Source of the DNA: Sphaerodactylus townsendi
Lineage: Eukaryota
Assembly: GCF_021028975.2 (NCBI RefSeq)
Contig: NC_059428.1
Coordinates: forward strand, 151,218,001 to 151,282,000
Direction: 5' to 3'
Length of the DNA: 64,000 nucleotides
The notes beneath the pieces were generated by a model. The model made no database searches, had not been told where the DNA came from, and saw only the letters and a list, made by a program, of their open reading frames with translations. Shown one piece after another: positions 34,801 to 46,559 of the stretch; within the stretch, counting starts at the first letter, position 1, and each line of letters opens with the position of its first letter. Made by a program: the position numbers and the translations under genes.

Positions 34801-36042
34801 TTTTCCAAAAAGAGTCTCTATTGCAGGTTTGCTATTCCACATCATACATCTGATACCCAACTATAGTCCCTGTTAGAAAAGTCACAGAAGCAAGCCACTC
34901 AGGTCTATCGTACATGTTTAGGGAAACCCCCAGATTTGCAGAAAGAGGAGAGGGGGATAACAAAACACAAAAAAGCATCATCTTTTTTTAAGACCACTTG
35001 GCAACATCTCAGCTACCACTGGAGCTACCCCAAGCTTTATTGTTGATGGCTGATAGCATACTGACACTTTCAAGCTGTGTTTTACATTGGGACAGGCTAG
35101 ACAGGGGTGGCCAACCTAAGGTGCTCCAGATGTTCATGGACTACAATTCCCATCAGCCCCTACCAGCATGGCCATTGGTCATTCTGGCAGGGGCTGTGTC
35201 AGAATCCCCCAAAACTGAAACAAACTCATCTATAGAACGGTAGTTTATTCAGAGATGTGGATCTTCCCTGGTCAAAGCCAGAACTGATTTTGCCCACGCA
35301 AAATCCAGTAATTAAAATGGCTTGCACCCCACGTCCTGGGAAAGTGCGCCGAAAAGTAACTGTAAGAAAGATAACAGTGAAGATGCCCCGCCACTGACCT
35401 TGGTCAGCACCTGGAATGTAAAATCACACACAGGAAACAGTTGAAAGGCAGACAGTAGTGCATTAACCCATTCCACCACCACCCATCATACAGAAAGCAG
35501 CATAAGCAATTCCCCAATCCTAACAGGCCTCCTGACAGGCTGATAGGAATTGTAGTCCATGAACATCTGGAGTGCCATAGGTTGGCCCCCCCTGGTAGAA
35601 GCTGGAGACTGGGAAAGGTCAGCCAGTGGGCAACGGGTAGGGAAAGCAGTAATGAGGAAGAGTGAGGGTGGTAATGGGATGGGAGAAGGCAGAACCAAAC
35701 GCAGTAAACAGCGAGAAGGACAAGATACTTTTTATTACAGATACCAAGAATTCAGCCTGAAACTTCAACTGTGCAAAGCATTTGACCTACCGCTGAATTA
35801 GGGGCCCTCCCCACCACTGTGGTTGCCAGCGAAGTGTACTAGTAAGTGTCTTAGTCCCAAAGAGACCAGGGTTCAAACCTTAACAATCACCCTTTATTAG
35901 GCAACATTACTTCTCGTTATCAACCAAGTCCTTGGCTTCAGTCCTCACCTTCTCTCATTTTCTGATCCAGTTCATCTAAAGTTGGTTCAATCAATTCCCA
36001 ACCATCCGGAGGAGGTTTTCTGCTTCTTTTCACCTTGGGCAT
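31855..36042 (-). CDS. BUD31: BUD31/G10 spliceosome-associated protein, 144 aa; exons 36042-35949, 34763-34641, 33474-33308, 31905-31855
   Basis: [55 protein letters not shown]...[28 protein letters not shown]...[16 protein letters not shown]. 435 nt; minus-strand AATAAA at 31677-31672. Confidence 0.98.
32335..32598 (+). mobile_element. Squam3-like SINE in the BUD31 last intron
   Basis: Head GGCATGGAGTAGTGGTTAAG; tail GTATAAAT. Confidence 0.8.
32786..33059 (-). mobile_element. Squam3-like SINE in the BUD31 last intron
   Basis: Reverse-complement copy, inverted relative to 32335-32598. Confidence 0.85.
33139..33284. mobile_element. hAT-like fully palindromic MITE
   Basis: Near-perfect 146-bp hairpin centred on GGCCAATTGGCC; TSD GCTTAGAG / GCTTAGAA. 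Confidence 0.9.
35102..35594. mobile_element. hAT-like palindromic MITE split by an LTR insertion
   Basis: Left part 35102-35196 and right part 35538-35594 belong to the family seen at 33139. Confidence 0.8.
35197..35537 (-). mobile_element. Solo LTR (341 bp)
   Basis: TGTCAG...CTGACA termini; 5-bp TSD GGCTG (35192-35196 / 35538-35542); minus-strand AATAAA at 35249-35244. Confidence 0.8.
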
Positions 36043-36532
36043 CTCAAGAAGGAAAAAAAGAACTGCGTAAGAACAGATCAAGCATAACAGAAGCCAAATT
36101 TGCACTGGAACTAATAAGAGGCGAACTTCTAGATAGAATGTGCTTTGCCTTCAGCCTTCAAAAAGCTAAGGAAAAAGATGCTAGAATCAGTTTGCCTAGC
36201 CCTAGGATGACCCAGTGCAAAGGCAGGCAGGGGTAGCTTGTCACAGAAAAACTGCATCTGCATTTTGGGTACAAGTTCTTTTCCACTGAGTCAGATCACT
36301 GCCCTATCAACGTCAGGATTGTTTAACTGATAGGTCTCAGTTTTTCACATCACTGCCACCAGATCCTTTTAACTACAGGTGCTGGAGGAGGGGGGAGGTG
36401 ACATCCTGTATGAGAGGCAGATGTTATACCACTGAATTTCAGTCAGGCCATCATCTGGCTGTCCTAAATTTGCCCAGAGGCAGGGGCTAGGAAGGAAGGT
36501 ACAAAATCACAGACAGGCAGTACACTGTAGAG

Positions 36533-37000
36533 CAGTGATGGCGAACCTATGGCATGGGTGCCAGAGGTGGCACTCGGAGCCCTCTCTGTGGGCATGCGTA
36601 CACAGAGTTTGTCATGTGGGGGGAAGAAAATCACCCCCCCCACACACACATCTAGGCTGGCCTGGGCCACTGAGCACGACGTGCGCGCACTGCGGTGAGC
36701 AGGGAGGACTCGGCTGGCGGGCCTGGTGCCTGTGCTCCGGGTGGCTGCTGCCCGAGGGGGGGGGGGGGTGCAGAGGAGGCAGAGATGCTAGAGAGGCACA
36801 GAGCAGTGCCCACGGGACCTGCTGGAGGCTAGAACAGACTGGCCCCTTCTTGAGCGGGTGGGGTGGAAGAAGAGGGAGCCAAACGGTTTTTCTAAAACCT
36901 CAGCATTCAGGTTAAATTACAGGGTTGGCACTTCATGATAAATAAGTGGGGTTTGGGTTGCAATTTGGGCACTCAGTCTCAAAAAGGTTTGGCATCACTG
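36533..37000 (+). mobile_element. Non-autonomous hAT-like transposon
   Basis: TIR CAGTGATGGCGAACCT / AGGTTTGGCATCACTG; TSD CTGTAGAG / CTGCAGAG. Confidence 0.85.
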
Positions 37001-37499
37001 CTGCAGAGCTTAGCGTGCAACAAAAATCTAGGAGACCTAGATCTGAATCCTCCCTTTGCCATGGAGGGATGCCCTTGGGCCAGTCACACACTTTCAGCCT
37101 AACCTCCTTCACAGGGCCATTATGGTAAGCTGTAGAAGAACAATGTAAACTGCTGTGGGTCTCCAGTAAGGAGAAAGAGGGAGTATAATTAATAATCGAC
37201 CTTGCTAATTATGCATTACGTTTACTGTTCACATGCTTCCATCACAGAATTAATGGATTGTGACACCTATTAGCTTCTGGCCTGCTTAAATTCAGCAAGT
37301 ATTGTATTGTTTTATATTACTGTATTGTTTTACATGTTTTACATGTTATCCGCCTCGAGTTCGTGTGGGAGATCGGCGGGGTATAAATGTAATAAATAAA
37401 TAAATAAATACAAGTGCTTTTCTTCCCACTCAGAAACAGCTAATCCTTGGCCTTCCCTTTTAAAAATACCAGAACGAAACTTGCGAATTCTCAGCCCCC

Positions 37500-38216
37500 T
37501 TTTTACGCCCCCACCCGGTTAGAAAACAGATAGGAGTGCCAAGGGTGAGGCCTGTCTCTGCGTCACCGGTTGAATTTCTTCCTGCCATGTCCCCTGCCCA
37601 GTTAATGCCAAAGAGCCAATAAAAAACAAACCTCTGACGATGCTCTGAGGGACTCAACGCCTCAAGAAGACTCCGGTTCTCCGTCAAACAAAAACCTTCA
37701 CAGGAGCGGCTCCTACCCCTTTAAGACCCCCGTTCCCTTTTGCGTATCTTCTCAGCCTTCTGTCGCCACCTAGTGACGTAAGCCAGAAAGAGGCCCTAGT
37801 TCTTTCAGACGTCGGTTTTAGGGCCTTCTCAATCCGGTAACTGTCTTGATCGATGCCTTATCACTTAATTTAAAAAGCCCCTTTGCTTCTTCTCCCACTT
37901 AAAATGTAAAATATTCCATCTCAGAGAGAGGCAGTCTCCTCAAAATTATGAGGACGGTGTAGAATTGGGGGGAATCTCAACATTTTTAAAACCAGGCAGA
38001 GCTACAGACACCCCTTTTCCCCTCAGGGCGACGAGGCGTGGGGCGCATGCGCTCTTGGGTTCAGGGGCGGCGGGAAGGGGGAAAGACCGTACAGGGCGAC
38101 GGTGGCAGCGGCGGCTGGCGGCTTCCGTTTCCGGGTCGCTTCCTGGCTCGTGTGGACGCGAGGCGGGTGGGGTGAAGGCGGATTCCGTGTCTACGGGAGG
38201 ACCCCTCGTTTCCGCC
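37500..38216. promoter_or_regulatory. Bidirectional CpG-rich promoter BUD31/PDAP1 (BUD31 non-coding first exon expected ~37.6-37.8 kb)
   Basis: Head-to-head genes. CRE-like TGACGTAA ~37773; NRF1 GCGCATGCGC 38043-38052; tandem ETS CTTCCGTTTCCGG 38122-38134; GC boxes. Confidence 0.75.
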
Positions 38217-41200
38217 ATGCCGAAAGGAGGTGGGTGAGGAAGGGTTGGGGATGAGAAGGGCAGGTTGAGGCATGTCGGGGTCTCCCTGGGGAGGGCGCAG
38301 CTGCCCCGCCTCCATCCTTTCTCTTCCCCCCCCTCTTCATCTGTCATTCAGCGCCCCCAGATGCGGTTGTAATGAGGGGTGTTCTTGGCATTGCATAGTG
38401 GCAGGGAGTTCCGCAGACTGTACTGCATCTGGCTCCTTTACAGGTGCTTTTGGGGAGCAGGGAGCGAGTCTGGTGATGAGGATTCCACGAAGTGAGCTTC
38501 CCAGAAGGATGGAGCCTTAGATTCGCCTCTTCCACGGGAGACGGGCCACCCGCACCTCCCTAAAGCTTGCAAAGGGCGGGTGATGGGCTGAAGCTTTCTT
38601 TGAACTGGCGTTTGGGAGGGGCGGACGTTGCGGATCAAACGCATTTTCTTTTGGATCTTTCTCTCCCTAGCTTATTAGGATGACGCCTGAGTAAGGGACC
38701 CCACATTGTTGGCTGGTTTGCCACTGGGGAGAGACTGTGGCTCAGTGGTAGAGACACCTGCTTGGCGTACAGATGCTCCAAGGGATATGATCTGACACCC
38801 AGGAGAGCTGCTGTCAGTCTGAATCAACAAGACTGATCTTGATAGACTGTCTCATCTAGGAAGTGCCTGTTGCCAAAAAGCAGTAGAGTGTCCACTTGGC
38901 ACGCAGAAGGGCCCAGGTTCAATCCCCAGCATCTCCAGTTTAAAAGGGCCGGGCAGCCAGCGTTGTGAAAGACCTCTTCTTGAGACTGTATGCTCAACCT
39001 GAATAGGCAGCACTGCCCTTGATGAACCAAGCCTCTGATCCACTGTAAAGCAGCTTCATGTGAACATTCAGTCTTTTAAATCCCAAGTTTTAGGGTTAGA
39101 TGCCCACGGGCATCCATCTGCCTAGCTGTTCTTGGATACTAGGTTGACTGAAATGTTGGGCTGACCCTGTAGAGCAGTGGGTGGTGAACCTCTGGCACGC
39201 GTGCCAGAGGTGGCACTCAGAGCCCTCTCTGTGGGCATGCGCGCACAGAGTTCGTCATGTGGGGGGGGGAGAAAATTGCCCCCACACACATCTAGGCTGG
39301 CCTGGGCCGCTGAACATGACGTGCGTGCACTGCAGCGAGCAGGTAGGACTCGGCTGGGAGAACTGGTGCCTGTGCTTACTCCTTTACCTGGGAGTCAGCT
39401 CGGTTGCTGGCAATGGGGCTTGCTTCTGAGTAAACCCTCCTAGGGTCGTGATTCACCCGTTCAAAGCATTTCACAGTTGCTTCAAAGCAAAGCCACCAAC
39501 TACTTCCAAGCTTACTCCCGGGTAATGTGTGCCTTGGAGCCGACCATTTTTTCTAAACTAAAACCTCAGTATTCAGGTTAAATTGCCATGTTGGCACTTT
39601 GCGAGAAATAAGTGGGTTTTGGGTTGCAGTTTGGGCACTCGGTCTTGAAAAGGTTCACCATCACTGCTGTAGAGCATAGGTGTCAAATTCGCGGCCCTCC
39701 AGATGTTGTGGACTAATTGCTAATTAGCCTGCCAGCATGGCTAATTGCTCATGCTGGCAGGGGATGATGGGAACTGTAGTCCATAACATCCGGAGGGCTG
39801 CGAGTTTGACACCTGTGCTGTAGAGTTTTTTCTCTCCTCCCTGGCAGACTCATCCGATGCTTGCGTAGACGGGAGCACCCGAGCGGCCTCTGTGGTGGTG
39901 CAGCAATTGTCAGTGGTTGAAATGTGTAAGAGGCTGGGGCGTTTGCAAGTGCCTTGTTCCAAACATATGGGAAACTGTCTTCTTGGTGTATCAGCTTCTA
40001 CATATAATGTGATGCCAGAGTAAACTATTTCATGATGCATAATGAGAGACAACCTGGTGGGGTGTTTAGAGGGCCAGATTGAGAGCTGGGAACCCTGGGT
40101 TCAATTCCCACTCTACTGTGGAAGATTGCCAAGTGACCTTGGGTCAGTCACTATTATCTTAACTTAAGCCTACCGCGTGTGGTTCCCCATTGGAGGTAAA
40201 GGCAGGGTGATGAAGTAAATACTGTGTTTCCCCGAAAATAAGACAGTGTCTTATATTAATTTTTGCTCCCAAAGATGCACTATGTCTTATTTTCAGGGGA
40301 TGTCTTATTTTTCTGTGTTCATCGGGCATGCTTCCAAACAAAAACTTTGCTACGTCTTGCTTTTGGGGGATGCCTTATATTTCACACTTCAGCAAAACCT
40401 CTACTACGTCTTATTTTCCGGGGATGTCTTATATTCGGGGAAACAGGGTAGATTCAGCCAGATGGTAGATAGCCTGTACCATGTCTGGAGTGGCACGCTT
40501 CAGGGAAGTGATGCTTAAAACATGATGGACTTGCAGGTGGAATCTCATGGGAAGGAAAAAAGAGTGCAGCTAAGAAGAGCTGTTGCTGAGCCAGCGCAGT
40601 CAGGAAAGCAGTTTCCTGAAAAACCCGGCCTCCGCTTGCCGAAGAAAAAAGCAGTGCGCGTGTGAGAGCAAGCCCCTCTATTGCGATCTGAATTTGGCTT
40701 GCTATAAAATGTGTTCACTGCTGAATGACTTCAGAAGACAGAGCTGGGTCATTCACTCAGATTTAAAAAGTCAGGTTGAGATCAGGCCCCAGAGACATTG
40801 GTGGAATGAGAGCCTAGTGCAAAAGCTGACCAATGTAACCTGTGAGGGTGTGGCGGAGTCTTAGGGTTGGCTATCCGTATGTATCATTTGTTGTTAGGCT
40901 TTGTAACGGTTCTTACCAGTGTTTACCGATTGTAATGGTGGTTACAATTATACCACATTTCTCTCAGCGTTGGCCAAAGTGGCCGGCAGCATTTCCTCAT
41001 CTTCCAGTGTGTCCTCACAACAACCTTACGAGGTCGGTTAGGCTGACACTGTGTGAGACTGGCTGAAGGATGCCTGGTCAGCTGCTATGACAGGGAAGGA
41101 GGAGGAGGAAGAGGAGAGTTTGGATTTGTATCCCCCCTTTTCTCTTCTGTAGGAGACTCAGAGGGGATTACAATCTCCTTTCCCTTCCCCCCTCACAACA

Positions 41201-44200
41201 AACACCCTGCGAGGTGGGTGGGGATTCGAACCTGAGTCTGACACACTAATCGTTGCATCAGGCTGCCTCTCTGATCAGCAGCTTTTCTTTTCTTAAAGGC
41301 ACTGATGTGTGACTATATGCCAGTCATCCTTAGTGCAGTTGTATTTATTTTGTAAAGTTCTGTCTGTTTATATGTATTTAGATTTTTTAACTTATATTTC
41401 ACCTCCCGTGCAAGCGTTGCCTGTCACTTTAGTCTGGGTCACTTGGATGAAAACCGGTTCTCCAGCTTGGGTTTGCCACTTGGCAGCCTGTGTGGCGGAG
41501 ACAATTTTGAACTGGTACCCCTGCAGCCAGAGAAAGAGTGGGTGGAAAAGTTTATCTTTGGGGGGATGATGGAGACTTGGCTGGACTTGTCCCACGCGAT
41601 TGAAGAGCTTTCCCTGCTATTCTGTGTGACAGCGATGGGGAACATTACTAGCCATTAGGGACCAGGAAGAGTGAGCTAGCGAGTCAGGCTGCAGCCAGAC
41701 CGCACCCAGTTTGGACTCTTTCCAAGAGATGCTACCAGCACGCCTTTCTCCCAGGGCAAGCTCTGCTAGAACCTGTATTTCCCAGCGTGGAACGCTCAGC
41801 TGCTTCGCTCCACTGGATACGAACCAGGGAAGACCGACGGGATTATATATAGATTTGTGGGGGGCGGGAAGATCTTTGAAAGGAACGCGAGAAACCCGCA
41901 GACTCAGCAAAGCGGGATTAAATCCAGATTTAAATGCTGAGCTGTTGCATGCAAAATCTCCCCTTGTTAAGGAGTTCCATTCACAGCTTATAATTAATGT
42001 CTTCTGTACAATATGGTAGCCACAGAAGCACGGTTTGGCTCAGATGTGGGCTAGATCTTGCAACTATCTGCCTTTGCCCAGAAGGACAGTAACACAGTCC
42101 TCACAAACAAATGTGAGGTTGGTGGAATGCTAGTCCACGACTCTCCCTAAACTCTGGTTGTCCTGGCTGAGCATTTTGGGGGGTAGGGAGTTGTAGTCTA
42201 ACTCATAAATGGCCTGTTTGTCACAGTCTGGAGTGCCAGAGCCTAGATACAAGCTTGCTGCCTCGCAGAGACCCAAACTAACATTGCAGTGGGTATGTTT
42301 TGTTGATAGAGACCGGCGGAGACACAGCCAGGGCAGACGTCAATCCCTGCCCGTTCCTCAGGCACTTGAGTGATGCTATCAAAAGCGTGTTTCAGTGACG
42401 TCCCACGTGAGCGGCTGAGCACAGGGAACAGCTGCAAAATTTGCAGTTGGGCGCCAGCCCAGAGCGTGAGTCAGGCAGCAGCCGACATAGGAGGGGGCAG
42501 AGAGCGGCACATTTGCCGACTGATGCATTGTAAGGCTCTGAGCGTGTGGCCCTGTTGGCTGCCGCACCTTGGCATCCGTCCAGAATCTCAAAGTGGGTGT
42601 TGTGGCGAAAGGGGGATTCATTCAGATCATGGCTGGGTGAGTGTGAGAACCAGCTAGGTCCCATAAGTACTGGAGTGTAGCCATCGGACATAAGCCCTTA
42701 TGTGTCTCTGCCTTGGGGCAGGGGGATCTGAACTTTTGGACCCCACAATGCTTGGTAGCCTCCCACGCTTCCCCTGTGAGGCAGAGCAGCCATATGTGGG
42801 ACACTTCTCCAGTCAAGAACCACTCTAGCCATTTGGAAACTGCTTCCATTGCCTAGCTGATATTGCTGCAGAGGTGAACGAGGTTAATAGAACTGGATGC
42901 TCTTTAGATGGCCGTGGGCAAGGACAGCGATGCTGGAATGGAATCCCCAGCAAGGTGAAAGCCAGCATGGTGTAGTGGTTAAGAGCAGATGCACTCTAAT
43001 CTGGAGAACTGAGTTTGATTCCCCACTCTGCCACTTGAGCTGTGGAGGCTTATCTAGGGAACCAGATTGGCTTGTGGGCTCCAACACATGCCACCTGGGT
43101 GACCTTGGGCTAGTCACAGTTCTTCGGAGCTCTCCGCTATACCCACCTCACAGGGTGTTTGTTATGGGGGGGGAGTACATTGTAAGCTCCAGAAAGGGGG
43201 AATATAAATCCAATTCTTCTTGTTAATCGGTTATTTCCTTTGCAGGGAGAAAAGGAGGCCACAAGGGCCGGGCGAGGCAGTACACTAGTCCTGAGGAGAT
43301 TGACGCACAGCTCCAAGCAGAGAAACAGAAGGCCAAGGTAAGCCCCTCCCATATCTCATGTACGCCTGAAGCTAGTACAGAGAGGCACAGAAGACACTCT
43401 GGTCTGTCGTCTTCTTCCCAGCCAGCCTTCCCAAGTGCTTAGCTTTTCTATGGAGTCTTTGCTGCATCACATTTCCTTCACCAGAGGTTTCCCGAGAGCC
43501 AGTGTCATGCAGTGGTTGAGAGTATCAGACAAGCCCCTGAAAGCCAGCATGGTGTAGTGGTTAAGAGCAGATGCACTCTAATCTGGAGAACCGAATTTGA
43601 GTCCCCGCTCTGCCACTTGAGCTGTGGAGGCTTATCTGGGGAACCAGATTGGCTTGTGCGCCAATTTGGATCCCCGCTGGTGCCATGGAAGCTGGCTGGG
43701 TGACACTGGGCCAATCACACTCTCCTTAACCTACCTCACAGGGTGGTTGTGAGGATAAAATGGAGGAGCGGGGAATGTTGCATGCCACTTTGGATCCCCA
43801 TTGGAGAGAAAGGTGGGGTATAACTGAATTAAATTGACAAATAGGACCCCAGGGCAGCAGCTCCAGACCTGGGGAGTTCCATACACCCAGAAGTTAGTTG
43901 CCTCTAAGGTTTCAGGCTCAGCTAGTCTGGGGACCTGTGAAGTATACTCGGGGCTGATCTTTTTTTAGTTATTCCTGTTTTCTTTTGCACCAGGGGAAAG
44001 AGGAACATGAACAGGACAGATCTACGGAATCCTGTTTGTTATCACTAATTGTTTGGTCTCTTGAATTTTAAATTTTTTTTCTGCTGGAAGCTGCTTTCTC
44101 AAACCCATCCAGTAAAGAAGCAGTTGTGAACATGGAGGAGAGAGGGTATTTTCGCTGGCCTCTCCCCCGCCTTCCCTTTGAAAGGACCATAATTCTTTCT

Positions 44201-46559
44201 TTGTTACCTTTATGTATCTGTAGACTTTTTCAGTTGCATCGTTTGCACTTAATGCTTCTGCAATGATCAATAAACGCAGACTGCCTCTGAAGGAACTGAT
44301 CTTGTCTTTCCTTGAGTTTATCGGTGTTCGGCTGTCTGCAGCACTCGGCAGGCTATCGACAACATCTGTGTGATGTTTCAGACCACTGTATTTTAACCTG
44401 CGCAGGAGGAAGAGGAGGCAGAGCAGGAGGAAGGAGGCGACGGGGCATCAGCAGAACCCAAAAAGGAGAAGAAGTCGCTAGATTCGGACGAAAGTGAGGA
44501 CGAGGAGGATGAAGATTACCAGGTAGGGACGGGATCTCCTGGAGCATATGTTTGTGTTGCACCTGATCCTCACCAGGGACTGTCAATGCTAAACCTCTTG
44601 TAAAAGTTTTTACATCTCAGAGCTATTTATTGTCATCTAACTGTCCCCGGAGAACTAGTTGGGTTGAAGAAGGAGAGGGGTTGGGATTTATATCCCGCTG
44701 ACTCAAAGGCGACTCAGAACTGAAAAGGGATGAACCCGGCTTGAATCCCTGTGAGAAAAGCGGGCTGTGAACAATGTAAATAAATAAAAGGAGCTGTCCC
44801 AAATGAGTGCCTGCTCTGCTCTTTGATTTCAGCCAAAGCACAAAGGAGTGGAAGGCATGATAGACATCGAAAACCCCAACCGCGCTGCCCAGACGGCCAA
44901 AAAAGTCACCCAGATAGATATGGAGAGCCCCAGGGAACTATCGCGGAGAGAGCGGTAAGGTCTCCTTCCCTGGAAATGCTGTGGCTCTCAAACTGGGTGG
45001 GGAGGGGGGCGTTCTGTGGGGCTACAGCGAAATGGCCAAGGGGGAACAGTACAGTGCTTCTTTTAGAGTAAAGGGAGGTGAATCCTGCACCAAAGGCATT
45101 AGCCACTTGACTAGTGGGCCTAGCTGACACGAGGCATATACCTCCCCTGGAGCTTCAGGAAGTGCAGACGGGGACTAGTTGATTTCCAGTGAAGACACAG
45201 ACTCGAACAGAGCTGTGCTAGGAGGCTGCATTGAAGAACTGCTGCTCAATGGCTCTGTTTTTTTGAACCACACCCCTCGGAATACTTTGGGGAGAATTAC
45301 GTTCTGTCTGTCAGAGATGTCTCGGAAAGGGAGGATTTAGTTGACCCTGTCTGAATTGATCCCTCAGAGGCCCTGATTTTTAAATTTTTAATCCCCTTTT
45401 CTGCTCGGACAGAGAAGAAATTGAAAAACAGAAAGCGAAAGAACGGTACATGAAAATGCACCTCGCCGGGAAAACGGAGCAGGCCAAGGCGGACCTTGCC
45501 CGGCTAGCAATCATCCGGAAACAGAGGGAAGAGGCAGCCAAAAAGAAAGAGGAGGAAAGAAAAGGTGAGGTGACACCCCCCCCCCTTCAAAAAGCGCACA
45601 GTGTTGGCCCTTACAACACCAGAAAAGTCTTGGCCGTGTTATTGTTCTCTGTTTTGTGGTGAGCCACTCAGGGTGGGGGGGGGGGCGGCATTCATTGGTG
45701 GAGAATCTGATTGGCAAATGCAAGAACTGACAGGTCACATCTTGCAGGCGGATTCCACCAATGGTTGTGCTTCTCCCTAGCGTATGGGCAGGGCTGATTG
45801 CCATGTGCTGGGGGGAGACTTCTCTGTTGTTGCAAGAGAGCTACAGGATCCAGTCCCCTCCTTTGAACTGGGCTGCCATTCCACACTGAAGCATCCGGCT
45901 AGCTTCCTGCCTACTGGCGCTTTTGACTAGTAGCTACTGATAGCAGCAGATTTGATTAGCGAATAACAGATGGCGTATACATCTCCCGTCCTGCTATCTG
46001 CCAGATACTTTCCTGGGAGGGTCCAGAAAGTTCAAGCTTTTGCTACATGAGCAATTTTAGCATGCTCCCTTGTCACCATACACCATGGTATAGTGGTTAA
46101 GAGCAGGGGGACTCTTAGCTGGAGAGCCAGGTTTGTTTCCCCACTCCTCCATGTGAAGCCTGCTGGGTGACCTTGGGCTAGCCATAGTTCTCTCAGGACT
46201 CTCTCAGCCCCACCTACCTCACAAGATGTCAGTTGTGGGGCGGGGAGGGGAAGGAGTTTGTAAATCGCTTTGAGACTCCTGACGGTTGAGAAAAGCCAGG
46301 TATAAATCCAAACTCTTCTTAACTGTTCTCCTATAAACTGTTCCCTTTCACGGATGTGTCCTTCGCACTACCTTGATCGTTTTGGCCAGACGGTGTGAAT
46401 ATCAGATTTGCAACAAGCTTTTGTTGCTTGCCTTTTGGCACGGCATCAGCTCCCTCAGCCTTTCAGACTTTTCCATCTCCTTTGTTTTAACCCCCTTAAG
46501 CTAAAGACGAAGTTTCCGTGACCGGCAAACGAATGCAGTCGCTGTCCCTCAACAAGTAA
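38217..46559 (+). CDS. PDAP1: PDGFA-associated protein 1 (HASPP28), 184 aa; join(38217..38229,43246..43337,44406..44522,44833..44954,45413..45564,46501..46559)
   Basis: [31 protein letters not shown]...[30 protein letters not shown]...[49 protein letters not shown]...MQSLSLNK*. Kozak context GCCATG; AATAAA at 47302-47307. Confidence 0.97.
39175..39666 (+). mobile_element. Non-autonomous hAT-like transposon (same family as 36533-37000, different middle)
   Basis: Shares the 5' ~200 bp and 3' ~115 bp with 36533-37000; perfect TSD CTGTAGAG. Confidence 0.85.
39675..39817. mobile_element. hAT-like palindromic MITE
   Basis: CATAGGTGTCAAATTCGC / GCGAGTTTGACACCTGTG; TSD CTGTAGAG (39667-39674 / 39818-39825). 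Confidence 0.85.
40222..40448. mobile_element. Tc1/mariner-superfamily (Tc2/pogo-like) MITE
   Basis: TA|CTGTGTTTCCCCGAAAATAAGACA...TGTCTTATATTCGGGGAAACAGGG|TA; internal GGGGATGTCTTAT repeats. Confidence 0.85.
42957..43220 (+). mobile_element. Squam3-like SINE ending ~25 bp before PDAP1 exon 2
   Basis: Head GCATGGTGTAGTGGTTAAGAGC; tail ATATAAATCCAATTCTTCT. Confidence 0.85.
46083..46320 (+). mobile_element. Squam3-like SINE in the PDAP1 last intron
   Basis: Head and ATAAATCCAAACTCTTCTT tail present. Confidence 0.8.

Noticed and set aside
36525-39674. Composite transposon carrying the BUD31/PDAP1 promoter (identical outer CTGTAGAG)
   Set aside because: Each element has its own inner TSD and the promoter is at its expected syntenic position; the identical flanks are explained by target preference.
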